Shown here: piece after piece, positions 18,286-28,063 of the stretch
Position numbering within the stretch: position 1 is the stretch's first letter
How the letters are laid out: each line of letters opens with the position of its first letter
DNA from: Candidatus Limnocylindria bacterium
GTDB taxonomy: Bacteria; Chloroflexota; Limnocylindria; Limnocylindrales; CSP1-4
Direction: 5' to 3'
Length of the DNA: 64,000 bases
NCBI GenBank assembly: GCA_035637675.1
Contig: DASPWU010000186.1
Span: 3,840 to 67,839, forward strand
Notes under the pieces: generated by a model
Database searches by the model: none
What the model saw: the letters and a program-made list of their open reading frames with translations, nothing else
What the model was told of the DNA's origin: nothing
Position numbers and translations under genes: made by a program

Positions 18286-18938
18286 GCCGGGCGCTCGCCC
18301 ACGTACAGCGTCTGCTTGCCCATGAGCCACCAGGCCGGCGGAAAGGCGAGGTAGGCGCGGACGAGGGCGGGGTGCTGGGGGAGCCGGCTCTTGGTCGTGT
18401 ACGGCAGGAACCGGGTCACGAGCGCGTGGGTCCGGAAGCCGGCGGTCAGGGCCGCCTCCTCGAGGCTGCGCTCCGTGAGCGGCACCTTGTGGTCGATGAA
18501 GTCCCAGTAACCGCCCCCGATCAGCCGGACATTGGGCTGGAGGACGATGACCCGGCCGCCCGGCCGGAGGACCCGATGGACCACCCGCAGTTGGTCCACG
18601 ACCGCGTCTCGCGAGGGAAGGTGCTCCAGGTAGTTGCTCATGAACGCCGTTCCGAAGTAGTCGGCCGGAACGGCCTCGTCCAGGGCGAGACCGTCCGCTC
18701 GTATGAAGCGGATGTCCGGCGGCAGGGACTCGCCCGGGTCGCGCAGGTCGGTGGCCCATCGTTCGAACTGCGGGACCTGACGGATGAAGTAGCCAAGGTC
18801 GCAGCCGATGTCGATCACCGGTCCGTCGACCATGTAGCGCCGAAGGTATTCTGCGATCGGCGGCCAGATCCGTTCCTTCGACGCGCGGTGGCGTTCGGGG
18901 AACCGCCTGGCGTAGACGCTGTCGAGATCGTCCGTCAC
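18282..18938 (-). CDS. Class I SAM-dependent methyltransferase
   Basis: VIDIGCDLGYF ... RVLRPGGRVIV methyltransferase motifs I and post-I. In a separate frame within the 576-aa readthrough ORF. Confidence 0.8.
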   Translation of the reverse strand: MTDDLDSVYARRFPERHRASKERIWPPIAEYLRRYMVDGPVIDIGCDLGYFIRQVPQFERWATDLRDPGESLPPDIRFIRADGLALDEAVPADYFGTAFMSNYLEHLPSRDAVVDQLRVVHRVLRPGGRVIVLQPNVRLIGGGYWDFIDHKVPLTERSLEEAALTAGFRTHALVTRFLPYTTKSRLPQHPALVRAYLAFPPAWWLMGKQTLYVGERPA

Positions 18939-19960
18939 AAGCGACCGGCCTCGAGCTCGGCGCGGATCCAGGGGATGACCTCATCGAGCATCGATTCGAG
19001 CGTCGTCTCCGCCTCGAAGCCGAGCACCTCGCGGGCCTTGCGGACGTCCGGCACCCTGAGCTGGACGTCGTGCTCGAACGGGGGGTCCGAGATCGTCCGG
19101 AAGGGCCGGTCCGGGCCGTGCACCTTTCGCCAGATGACCTCCGCCAGCTGAAGGACCGTCGTCGACGTCGCCGTCGACAGGTTGAAGTCCTCGTTGACCG
19201 CGCGATCGGATTCCATCGCCAGTCGGATGCCCTGGGCAAGATCGCCGCCGTACGTGTAGTGGCGGACCTGGTCGCCCGCTCCCAGGATATGGAGCGGATC
19301 CTGGCCTTTGAGCACCTTCAGGACGAGGTCCGGCACGACGTGGGACAGGGCGAGCTTCACGTTGCCGCTCATGATGTCCGTGTCGCGAGCTGCCCGCCGT
19401 TCGCCGATTCCGACGCAGTTGAAGGGGCGGACGATCGTGTAGGGCAGCTGGTACTGCTCCCAGGCGCCCTTGGCAAAGAACTCAGAGGCGAGCTTCTGGA
19501 AGCCGTAGGTGGACACCGGCGGCGGGCTCGTGAGCTCGGCGCCCTCCGGCGTGGGGAAGACGGTCGCCGACTCGTACACCATCGAGCTGCTCATGACGAC
19601 GATCCGCTCGAGGTGGCCATCCCGATGAGCGGCGATCGCCGCATCGAACGTGGCAGCCAGGATTCGCTCGTTCTCGGCCAGCAGGTCGTAGGCGAACTGA
19701 TGGAAATAGCTGATCCCGCCGATCATCGCGGCGGCCGCGACGACCTGGTCGCAGTCGGCAGCAAGCTCGCGCAGGAGCGACACGTCCTTTGCGTCGCCCT
19801 GCACGAACCGATAGCGCGGATGGTCGTCGTAGCTCTTGGCCAGCGGGCCGTACTTGCTGAAGTCGTCGATCCCGACGACTTCGTAGCCGGCTTCCAGGAG
19901 CTCCGGCACGAGATAGCCGCAGATGAAGCCCGCCGCCCCTGTGACGAGGATCCGGCTCAA
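18935..19960 (-). CDS. NAD-dependent nucleotide-sugar epimerase/dehydratase (SDR)
   Basis: ILVTGAAGFICGYLV Rossmann motif and YxxxK region. TTG start overlaps the stop of the upstream dehydrogenase (TTGA). The table ORF extends to 20236. Confidence 0.8.
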   Translation of the reverse strand: MSRILVTGAAGFICGYLVPELLEAGYEVVGIDDFSKYGPLAKSYDDHPRYRFVQGDAKDVSLLRELAADCDQVVAAAAMIGGISYFHQFAYDLLAENERILAATFDAAIAAHRDGHLERIVVMSSSMVYESATVFPTPEGAELTSPPPVSTYGFQKLASEFFAKGAWEQYQLPYTIVRPFNCVGIGERRAARDTDIMSGNVKLALSHVVPDLVLKVLKGQDPLHILGAGDQVRHYTYGGDLAQGIRLAMESDRAVNEDFNLSTATSTTVLQLAEVIWRKVHGPDRPFRTISDPPFEHDVQLRVPDVRKAREVLGFEAETTLESMLDEVIPWIRAELEAGRL

Positions 19961-21174
19961 AGGCGGATCCCGTCCCCCATGACGTTCCAGACGTCGACCA
20001 CATCGCGGCCGCCGAGCTGCAGGCCCCGATACGCGCGATGCGGCGCGCCGAGGACGAGGATCTCGCTCTCGGCGATCACCTGGTCGAGAGGCACCAGGCG
20101 GTCGTCGGGCACATATGGATCGGTGCACAGGACCTGCGCACCTGCCCAGGTCAGGAGCTTGCGCAGCTTGTAGCTGAGCGACGCCCGCATGTCGTCCGAC
20201 TCCGCCTTGAAGGCCATACCCAGGATGCCGATGCATCTACCGCGCAGGCCGCCATACCGGCGGTCGAGGGCGGACACGATGTAGGCCGGCAAGCCCTCGT
20301 TGACCTGCATGGCGGCCTGGCCCATCGGGAAGTGGTCGGTCGTGAACGCAGCCAGCTGCATGGCGTCCTTGAACAGGCACGGGCCGGCCGCGAAGCCCGG
20401 TCCGGGCAGGTCCGTTGCGCGGGGGTAGTCCTGGCGGATCGCCCGCAGGACGTTGGTGTAGTCGATGCCCGCCTGGTGGGCAATCATGAAGAACTGGTTG
20501 GCGACGGCGAACTTCATGTAGCGCCACGTGTTCGTGAACAGCTTGGCCAGCTCCGCCTCGCGGCTGCTCACCCGGACGATCTTGGTCCCCAGCCGCGTGA
20601 ACAGCTCGGACGCCCGGTCGCCCGACCGCTCGTCGTCCGCGCCGACGATCTGGGGCAGGCTGCCGAGCTCCTCGAGGGCGTGGCCTTCGGCGATGCGCTC
20701 CGGGCAGTAGGCGAGGTCGACCGCCAGGCCGCGGTCCGCGAGCGCCTGGGCGACGAAGGCCGTCGTGCCCGGATAGACCGTGCTCCGCAGCACGACGAGC
20801 ATGCCGTCCCGGAGATAGGGGCCGACCTGGTCGACGGCCTGCTGGAAGACGGTCATCGATGGCGCCAGGAACTCATCGACCGGCGTGCCGATGACGATCA
20901 CGATCGCGTCTGCCTGGCGGACGATCCCAGGCTCGGCCGAGGCAACGAGGCGTCCCGTGGGCAGCATCTCGCGCAGCAGCTCGTCGGCGCCGGATTCCAT
21001 GAACGGCATCTCGCCGGCTGTGATCCGCTCGACGGTGGCCGCGTTCGTGTCGAAGATTCCGACTCGCAGCCCGGCCCGTGCGAGAACGAGGCTCAATGGC
21101 AGGCCGACGTGGCCGCCGCCGCCCAGGACCACGACGTCCAACGCGCCCCCGGCCGCCCCCGGATCCACGGTCAT
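19957..21174 (-). CDS. UDP-sugar 6-dehydrogenase family (UDP-ManNAc/UDP-Glc/GDP-Man dehydrogenase)
   Basis: VVVLGGGGHVGLPL NAD motif and the catalytic GPGFAAGPCLFKD. Start at MTVDPGA; the table ORF extends to 21300. Confidence 0.85.
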   Translation of the reverse strand: MTVDPGAAGGALDVVVLGGGGHVGLPLSLVLARAGLRVGIFDTNAATVERITAGEMPFMESGADELLREMLPTGRLVASAEPGIVRQADAIVIVIGTPVDEFLAPSMTVFQQAVDQVGPYLRDGMLVVLRSTVYPGTTAFVAQALADRGLAVDLAYCPERIAEGHALEELGSLPQIVGADDERSGDRASELFTRLGTKIVRVSSREAELAKLFTNTWRYMKFAVANQFFMIAHQAGIDYTNVLRAIRQDYPRATDLPGPGFAAGPCLFKDAMQLAAFTTDHFPMGQAAMQVNEGLPAYIVSALDRRYGGLRGRCIGILGMAFKAESDDMRASLSYKLRKLLTWAGAQVLCTDPYVPDDRLVPLDQVIAESEILVLGAPHRAYRGLQLGGRDVVDVWNVMGDGIRL

Positions 21175-21298
21175 GCGGCGAGCAGTGCCGGCGGGATGCC
21201 GCCCGTCAGGATGCGGAGCGCGATCTTGGACATCGCCGGACATGCTACCAGCCGGCGGCGCAGCACCGGGCGGCTCCGGTCGGGCAAGATACAGCCTC

Positions 21299-23701
21299 AT
21301 GGTCGAGCGGATGAAGGCTGGGCGGTCGCGTGCCGCCGCATTGGGCTCGGTGCTCCAACGCCGACCGTGGCCCGTCTACCTCGTCCTGGCCCTCCTGGCG
21401 TTCCCGATCCTGGAAATGCTCGTGGCCGGCGACCGCGCCGTCGAGTACGCCCATGACGTCTTCGACGACGACGTGCCGCGTCTGTTCTCCATTGCGTCGG
21501 ATTGGAAGGCGTTCGGGCCACACTTGTGGGATCCGCACCTGACCGCCGGCAACGCCCTCCTCGCCCACTTCGCGTTGCCGCCGTCCACCCCGGATGTGCT
21601 CTTGAGCTTCATCGTTCCGCCGTTCGCCGCGTACGTCATCAACGCAACGCTCATGGCATTCGTGGCGGGCCTGGGCATGCACCTGTTCCTGCGCGACTCG
21701 CTGCGGCTGCCGGGGGTGGCCTGCTTCGCGGGCGGCGTCCTCGCCGCGCTTTCGTTCTGGCATTACATCTATGGCTACGGGGCGCTCGTCCTACCGCTCC
21801 TGCTGTGGAGCGCTGACCGCGCCCTGGCCGGCGGGACCGTGCCACGGCGGCGGGTCGTCTGGGCGATTGCTGTGGTCTGGTTCGCGCTGCTGTCGAGCCA
21901 GATCCAGCTTGTCGTGATCGGGGGCGCGGCGACCCTGGCCTACGTGCTGGCAACGGCCGAAGGAATCCGGGCATGGCCCGGGCGGATCGCGCGGCTGGCC
22001 ACGATCTGGGGCGTGGCTGCTCTGCTCGCGGGACCCATCCTGATCACCCAACTCGCCGCCATCCCGGACTCCCATCGCGCCATCTGGGATCTCGCCTACC
22101 TCACCGGGCCCCTCGGACTCGCCGTCCGGAATGCCGGACTCCTGTACGGCTCGGTGGCAATCGGCCTGCCGGTTACCGCCGATGTCGGCGGGTCCGCCGC
22201 GGTCTACGGCAGCTTCTTCCCCGGCGCCATCGCGTTGCCCCTCCTGGCGTTCTCGCTCGTCGTGCCGCGGCGGTCCGCCCGGGAACGCGCCGTGCTTGCC
22301 ATCCTCGTCGCGATCCCGGTCATCGACCTTTTGGCGATCCTGGGCATGCCCATCCAGGACCACCTCGGGGTCCTGCGGACCTTCCAGTTCGTCCGCATTC
22401 GTCACCTGCTCCCAGTCCTGGTCGCGATGAACGTCGCGGTCGCCGTGGCCTTCGTGGTCCGCTCGGACCCGAGCCATGCCCTCTCGCGAAGGCGGTGGTT
22501 GGCGGCCAGCGTGCTCGTCGCCCTGGCCGCAGCAGCGCTGGCGTGGCAGGGCGTCGTTGCGTTCCGGCATGTGCTACGACCGACGTCCCGCGCACTCGTC
22601 CAGATCGGCTGGGACCTTTCCTTCCTGGCCCTGGCCGGCGGCTTCGCGATCCTGTGCTTCGGGGCGTTGCTGGCGTTGCGGCGGCGGGGCGAGTGGCGCA
22701 CCACCGGCCTCCTGTCAGTGGGGCTGGCGGCCATGCTCGTCGTCGGCCTCGCGACCGAGCGCCTCGCGTACGCTCGGGCGGAAAGAGATCTGGACGGGAA
22801 CCTGGGCAGCTGGGCGGCAAACCTCGCGCCGACGAGTGGCCACGAGTACATCGCCGCACGAGTGGCCGAGGGACGTGACGGCCGGGTCCTGTCGGTAGGC
22901 GAGCATGCGAACCGGGCCCTGGCGGCCGGGCTGGACACGGTCGACGGCTACGTGATGATCTACCCGCTTCGCTACCACGAGCTGTTCGGGGTGCTGATCG
23001 GGCCGCACCTGGCGATCGATGCCGCCCGCGCGGCGTACTACAACGGCTGGGGCAACCGGGCGTATGCCTTCGGACCCGAGCTCAACTGGCCGGTTGCCGA
23101 CCTCCTGGGGACTCGCTGGCTGTACGTCCGCGGCCAGACACTGTCCGGGCCAGGGCTCGTCGCGCGCCATCGCGACGGTGACATCACGGCGTACGAGAAC
23201 ACCGATGCGTTCCCGCGCGCGTTCGTCGTGCACGAGGTGCGTCTGCTCGAATCGCGGCCGGCGCTGGTTGCTGCGCTGGGTGCGGCGACCGCCGATGACC
23301 TTCGCGCGACGATGTACCTTGCGGCCGCCGACGCCGGCGGCCTGAGCCTGCCGGGAGGCCCACCGGACGCCGCCGACCGAGCCACGATCGTGACCGATAC
23401 GCCGGACCGGGTGGTAGTCGCGTCGCGAGCGCAGCGGCCCGGGGCGCTCGTCCTGGCGGATACGTTCGAGGCGGGCTGGGTGGCCGACGTGGACGGCACG
23501 GCCGCGACGATCGTGCCGGCCTACGATGCCCTGCGCGGCGTTGCGATCCCCGCCGGCGAGCACACGGTCACATTCACGTATCGGCCGGCAGCCACGCTGG
23601 CTGGCGTCGCCCTTGCCCTTTTGACCGCGGTCACCCTTTCGGCGTGGGCCGTTGGGTGGTCGCGATTGTCCCTGGCAGCGACGCGGACCCGGCGACGGTG
23701 A
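21299..23701 (+). CDS. YfhO-family GT-C membrane glycosyltransferase
   Basis: Many TM helices, then a C-terminal periplasmic beta-domain (YENTDAFPRAFVV...HTVTFTYRP) typical of YfhO. The table ORF starts at 20885 but overlaps the opposite-strand dehydrogenase; ATG 21299 chosen. Confidence 0.75.
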   Translation: MVERMKAGRSRAAALGSVLQRRPWPVYLVLALLAFPILEMLVAGDRAVEYAHDVFDDDVPRLFSIASDWKAFGPHLWDPHLTAGNALLAHFALPPSTPDVLLSFIVPPFAAYVINATLMAFVAGLGMHLFLRDSLRLPGVACFAGGVLAALSFWHYIYGYGALVLPLLLWSADRALAGGTVPRRRVVWAIAVVWFALLSSQIQLVVIGGAATLAYVLATAEGIRAWPGRIARLATIWGVAALLAGPILITQLAAIPDSHRAIWDLAYLTGPLGLAVRNAGLLYGSVAIGLPVTADVGGSAAVYGSFFPGAIALPLLAFSLVVPRRSARERAVLAILVAIPVIDLLAILGMPIQDHLGVLRTFQFVRIRHLLPVLVAMNVAVAVAFVVRSDPSHALSRRRWLAASVLVALAAAALAWQGVVAFRHVLRPTSRALVQIGWDLSFLALAGGFAILCFGALLALRRRGEWRTTGLLSVGLAAMLVVGLATERLAYARAERDLDGNLGSWAANLAPTSGHEYIAARVAEGRDGRVLSVGEHANRALAAGLDTVDGYVMIYPLRYHELFGVLIGPHLAIDAARAAYYNGWGNRAYAFGPELNWPVADLLGTRWLYVRGQTLSGPGLVARHRDGDITAYENTDAFPRAFVVHEVRLLESRPALVAALGAATADDLRATMYLAAADAGGLSLPGGPPDAADRATIVTDTPDRVVVASRAQRPGALVLADTFEAGWVADVDGTAATIVPAYDALRGVAIPAGEHTVTFTYRPAATLAGVALALLTAVTLSAWAVGWSRLSLAATRTRRR

Positions 23702-25032
23702 CCGCCGGTCGGATATTCGCTGTGATCGCGGTGGCCGCCTGGGCGGTCCTCGTCTGGATGGGCCGAGGCCTCTCGTTCTACAGCGACGAGTGGTACTACA
23801 TCGAGGGCCGCTCGCTGTTCGATCCGGCAACCTGGTTCCCGCCCCACGGCGAACACTGGGCAACGGTTCACGTCGTCCTCTTCCGATCGATCATGGAGCT
23901 GGTCGGGCTGCGAACGTATGTCCCATACCACGCGGTCCTCATCGGGCTGCACGTTCTCGTTGCGGCAGGTGTCTTCGCGCTCCTGAGACGGTGGGCCGGA
24001 CCACTCTTTGCGCTCGCCGGCGGAACCCTGGTCCTCTTCTTCGGCAGCGGCTTCGAGAACCTGTTCTGGGCGTTCCAGATCATGTTCGTGGGCACGATCG
24101 CTCTCGGGATCTGGACGATCTGGTTGCTGGAAGGACCGCCGTCGATGCGGCGAACCGCGGCCGTCGTGACACTCCTGACGATCTCGCTCGCAACGTCGGG
24201 GCTGGGCCTGATCTTCTGGGCCATCACCGGGCTCACGATGTTGCTCCGGCCCGGATGGCGTCGGTGGCTGCCTGCCCTGGCGCTGCCGGCATTCGTCTAC
24301 CTCGTCTGGTACGTCGCCGTCGGGCACGCCGGGACCGGCTCCCAGCGAAACCCATTTACCGTCGACCAGCTCCTGCTCACGCCAGGGTTCGTGGCCGAGG
24401 GCGTCGGACACTCGATCGGGTCGATCACCGGGTTGCCACCGATCCTGGCCGGACTGCTGGGGGGCGCGCTCCTGATTGGCCTCGTGGTCGGCGCGATCCG
24501 CCGCTGCCCCATCCCGGTACCGACGATCGCCCTGACCTTCGGTGTCATCCTCCAATACACGCTGATCGGCCTCAGCCGGGCGGGGATCTTTGCGGGCCAG
24601 TCCGACTACACCCGATACACCTATCTGGGGGGCATCCTCACGCTCCTGGCGATCGGCGCGATGGCCGGGACGCTGCGGATGCCCACGGGATTGGCGGCGC
24701 GGCGCGCCGTCCTCCTGGCGGCGGTCGTCATCCTCGTCCCGGCCGCGATCCTCAACGTGCAGCTGCTCGTCGCCGGGCGGGATCTGTTTGCGGTTCGGGC
24801 GGAGTTCACCCGGGCCCTCATCGCCGACGCGCTGGCCCCACAGCTTCCCCCCGACGTGGACCCCGACAAGTCCCTCTTCTTCGTGCCCTCGCCCAACGCG
24901 CTCAAGCGGATCGAGGCGCGCTACGGCATGCCGCTGACCGACATTCTGGTCCCGGACGCCGTCCCGCCGACGTCGCCTCGCATCAAACGGCTCGCCGACG
25001 AGCGATTCCACGGCGCCGAGGTGGGGCCGTGA
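23644..25032 (+). CDS. Conserved polytopic membrane protein, unknown family (paralog of 16091..17461)
   Basis: See 16091. The alternative GTG start at 23698 overlaps the YfhO stop (GTGA), mirroring the arrangement at 16091. Confidence 0.7.
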   Translation: MGRWVVAIVPGSDADPATVTAGRIFAVIAVAAWAVLVWMGRGLSFYSDEWYYIEGRSLFDPATWFPPHGEHWATVHVVLFRSIMELVGLRTYVPYHAVLIGLHVLVAAGVFALLRRWAGPLFALAGGTLVLFFGSGFENLFWAFQIMFVGTIALGIWTIWLLEGPPSMRRTAAVVTLLTISLATSGLGLIFWAITGLTMLLRPGWRRWLPALALPAFVYLVWYVAVGHAGTGSQRNPFTVDQLLLTPGFVAEGVGHSIGSITGLPPILAGLLGGALLIGLVVGAIRRCPIPVPTIALTFGVILQYTLIGLSRAGIFAGQSDYTRYTYLGGILTLLAIGAMAGTLRMPTGLAARRAVLLAAVVILVPAAILNVQLLVAGRDLFAVRAEFTRALIADALAPQLPPDVDPDKSLFFVPSPNALKRIEARYGMPLTDILVPDAVPPTSPRIKRLADERFHGAEVGP

Positions 25033-25053
25033 CGGGTTGGGACGTGCTGGCGG

Positions 25054-26127
25054 CTACGCCCGGGCCATCGCTCCCGCCTGCTCGCGGCCCGCCAGGATCG
25101 ACGCGATCGTGGCCGTACCGGCGAGGACGATCGCGGCGAGGACGGGGCTGACGATCACGACGATCGGCAGGCCGATCGCCATGGCGACCGCCGCCCGGCG
25201 GTCCACCGTCCACAGGAAGATGACTCCGGGAATGAGCAGGGCCGCGTAGTTGAGGCCGATCGTCGGCTGGGCGAGCTGCGTCATCGCCAGGGCGACCACG
25301 GCGGCCGCTCGCTCATCCAGGCGGACCGCGGCCGCCGCGGTCCAGGCGTAGGCGATGGCGATGCCGACCACCCCGGCCAGCGGCGAGATCGCCGACAGCC
25401 CAAGGTTGCCGGTGAACGGAGCCGCGAGGACGGCGCTCTTTGGCAGTGCCTCGAGGTATTCGAAATACCGGCCCGGACCCAGCAGCACGGCGAAGACGAC
25501 CGTCGTCGCGAGACCGGCCAGGAACGTCCGTCCGAACGACGTGCGGCGGCGGAGAAGCAGCCAGGCGAGGTACGGTCCGATCGCCGGCTTGAAGGCGATG
25601 GCGCACGTCACGCCCAGCGCGCCGCTTCCCGCCCAGCCGGGCTCTGCCAGTGACAGGGCCGCCGCCGCCGCGAAGAACAGCATGACGTTTCCGAGCGCCA
25701 CATCATGGACGGCCGGTGAGGACGTCACCGCTGCGACGGCCACCGCGGCGGCGACCGGCCACCCGGCCCCACAGCGGCGGGCGAGGAGGGCAACCGCGCC
25801 GGCGAGGGCCACGAGCTTGACGATCGCGAACGACTCGGCCGTGAGCCCGGTCGACCAGACGGCCGCCAGGGGCGGGGGATAGAAGTAGGAGAAGTGCCCC
25901 TGCGAGTGAATGTCCTGGAGGTCCGGGTGAGCCGACCATGGGTAGAGAGGCGCTCCGGTGCGAAGCGCGTCGGCTGCCACCGCATACGCACGCCAGTCGT
26001 CCGCGCGCTCGAGCAAGAGGACCGGCACGACCGCGACGGCCACGATCGCCAGGGCGATGCCGATCGCGAGCGCAAGCAGGAGCTGGAGTGGGCGCGGCCA
26101 GGAATCGGAAGCGAGCGCCCTGATCAT
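25054..26127 (-). CDS. DUF2029/GT87-like GT-C membrane glycosyltransferase
   Basis: CAIAFKPAIGPYLAWLLLRRR motif; polytopic. Confidence 0.65.
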   Translation of the reverse strand: MIRALASDSWPRPLQLLLALAIGIALAIVAVAVVPVLLLERADDWRAYAVAADALRTGAPLYPWSAHPDLQDIHSQGHFSYFYPPPLAAVWSTGLTAESFAIVKLVALAGAVALLARRCGAGWPVAAAVAVAAVTSSPAVHDVALGNVMLFFAAAAALSLAEPGWAGSGALGVTCAIAFKPAIGPYLAWLLLRRRTSFGRTFLAGLATTVVFAVLLGPGRYFEYLEALPKSAVLAAPFTGNLGLSAISPLAGVVGIAIAYAWTAAAAVRLDERAAAVVALAMTQLAQPTIGLNYAALLIPGVIFLWTVDRRAAVAMAIGLPIVVIVSPVLAAIVLAGTATIASILAGREQAGAMARA

Positions 26128-26151
26128 GCTCGCCCAGTCAGGGTCGCGGGT

Positions 26152-26925
26152 TCAGGGTGTCGCCGGCTCCGGTCGGCCTCCGGTCAGTGCCGTTGCCGGC
26201 CGCCGGAGAAGGAGCGCGTACGAGAGGCCGAACGGCACCCGCGCCCGTTTCACGACGTGTCGCTCGAGCTTGAAGAAGGCGGCCAGGATGTCGTTCATGA
26301 GCGCGGGCGGCATCCGCTCCTGGTTGCCGAAGTCACGGCCCACGATCCGTTCGATGACCCGGTAGACCACCGCGATCGGGGCCAGGACCGTGTTGAACGC
26401 GGTCTCGAACGCGACCTCCGCGCCCGCTCCCTCGGCGAGCTCGCGGATCTGTCGCCGCCCGTAGCGTCGAAGGTGGTGAAGTCGCCGATCGTGCGAGCCC
26501 CACAGGATCTGGTGGGCCGGGACGGTGACGATGATCCAGCCGCCCGGCCGGGTGAGCTGGACGAGCGACGCCATCGCGCCGACGTCGTCGTCCACGTGCT
26601 CGAGAACGTCGAGGGCAGCGACGAGATCGAACGACGCATCGGGATAGGGCAGCCGCCTGGGCAGTTCCCCGGCCCGCACCTCGATCGTGGGGTGCCGGTC
26701 CCGGGCGATGTCCACGGCCTCGCCGAACGGTTCGAACGCCTGGACGACGCCGCGCTCGCGAAGCATGTCCAGGTTGCCGCCGGTCCCGCAGCCGGCCTCG
26801 ACGATGGACGGCTCGGGCGGGAGGTCCATCCGATCGAGGAGAGCGGCGATCACGGAGCGGCGGCCCGCGAACCACCAGTGGCGGTCCTCATGCGCGGCCA
26901 TGAGCCGATACGCAGCTCGCTCCAA
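26152..26925 (-). CDS. Class I SAM-dependent methyltransferase
   Basis: IVEAGCGTGGNL ... TRPGGWIIVTVP motifs. Confidence 0.8.
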   Translation of the reverse strand: MERAAYRLMAAHEDRHWWFAGRRSVIAALLDRMDLPPEPSIVEAGCGTGGNLDMLRERGVVQAFEPFGEAVDIARDRHPTIEVRAGELPRRLPYPDASFDLVAALDVLEHVDDDVGAMASLVQLTRPGGWIIVTVPAHQILWGSHDRRLHHLRRYGRRQIRELAEGAGAEVAFETAFNTVLAPIAVVYRVIERIVGRDFGNQERMPPALMNDILAAFFKLERHVVKRARVPFGLSYALLLRRPATALTGGRPEPATP

Positions 26926-26963
26926 CGTCTCCCTCTCGCAACTCCGACCTGGGCGCGACTAGC

Positions 26964-28037
26964 CTACCCGCTTTGGCTCCCGATGCGCCAGCCCGATCGG
27001 ATGGGTTCCGTGTCCGCGGGCGAGCGCCGGGGGCGGATGAGCAGGGCGACGGCGAGCACGACCGCCCCGGAGACGGGGTAGAGCTGGCCGCCGATGATCA
27101 TCGTTACGGCCGCGAAGATCGCCAGCACCGGCGCCGCGGCCCAGAAGGACGGCAGGCCCGCCAGAAACGGCAACCCCGCGTAGCCGCCGGCATACGGTGC
27201 GAGGAAGATGCCGGCGATCGTCGCCCAGACGAGGCTGGTGAGCTGGTCCCTGCGGAGGAGCACGACCAGGAAGCCCATCCCGACGAGAATGCCGACGGCG
27301 ATCGCGAGCGGGACGGACACGAGGGTCAGGCTCGTGTTGCCCACGAAGGCCGGGCCGACACCGCCGCCGGACGCCAGCAGCGAGGCAAATGCCGCGTACG
27401 CTCCCGGCCCAGCGATCAGCAACGCGGTGAGCGTCGTTCCCGCCGCCCCAGCCACGATGCCCACGAATGCCTGCCGGCGCCAGACCAGCGCCCAGAGGAC
27501 GAACGGCGCGAGGAGCGGCTTGGGAAAGGCCGCTCCCAGGACCCCGAGCAGGAGGCCGTTGATCGGGCGATCGCCGCGGACGACCAGGAGCATCCCGAAG
27601 GTGAGCGCCACCGTGACGTTGGCCAGCAGGAGATCGGCGATGACAGGCTGGAACAGCAGGACGCAGGGAAGGGCAGCGGCCGCGGCCCACCACGGGGCGG
27701 GCGAGGTCGACCAGCGGGTCGCGATCGCGACGAGACCGACCTCCAGGGCCAACCAGGCGACGATGGCCGCCGGGCCGCCTAGCGCCGCAAACGGCACGGC
27801 CATGATGGTCGCCGCCGGTGCGTAGAGGTAACCGGGAATGGTGTAGGGGTCGCCGCCGCGCTGCCAGGTGGCGGCGGCGTCGAGCAATCGCAGGCCGTCG
27901 AGGCCGAACCAGCCACCGGGCGTGAACAGGGTCTGCTGAGCGAGCAGGAATGCGATCCCCCCGGCCGCCGCGAGGATCCCGACGATCGCCCATGCAACGA
28001 CCGCCCAGCGGTCCCTCAGCCAGTCGCCCGCAGCCAT
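26964..28037 (-). CDS. DUF2029/GT87-like GT-C membrane glycosyltransferase
   Basis: LGAAFPKPLLAPFVLWALVWRR motif; polytopic. Confidence 0.65.
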   Translation of the reverse strand: MAAGDWLRDRWAVVAWAIVGILAAAGGIAFLLAQQTLFTPGGWFGLDGLRLLDAAATWQRGGDPYTIPGYLYAPAATIMAVPFAALGGPAAIVAWLALEVGLVAIATRWSTSPAPWWAAAAALPCVLLFQPVIADLLLANVTVALTFGMLLVVRGDRPINGLLLGVLGAAFPKPLLAPFVLWALVWRRQAFVGIVAGAAGTTLTALLIAGPGAYAAFASLLASGGGVGPAFVGNTSLTLVSVPLAIAVGILVGMGFLVVLLRRDQLTSLVWATIAGIFLAPYAGGYAGLPFLAGLPSFWAAAPVLAIFAAVTMIIGGQLYPVSGAVVLAVALLIRPRRSPADTEPIRSGWRIGSQSG

Positions 28038-28063
28038 GCGCGGGCAATGGTAGCCGGTACGGA

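Noticed and set aside
20885-21298. N-terminal 138 codons of the 938-aa ORF
   Set aside because: Overlaps the well-supported opposite-strand dehydrogenase and translates to an R/P/S-rich sequence. The YfhO protein begins at the internal ATG 21299.
23521-25011. 496-aa minus-strand ORF (and 23652..25151 +, 499 aa)
   Set aside because: Alternative frames of the conserved membrane protein 23644..25032, which has a clear paralog. These frames give R/D/G/P-rich nonsense.
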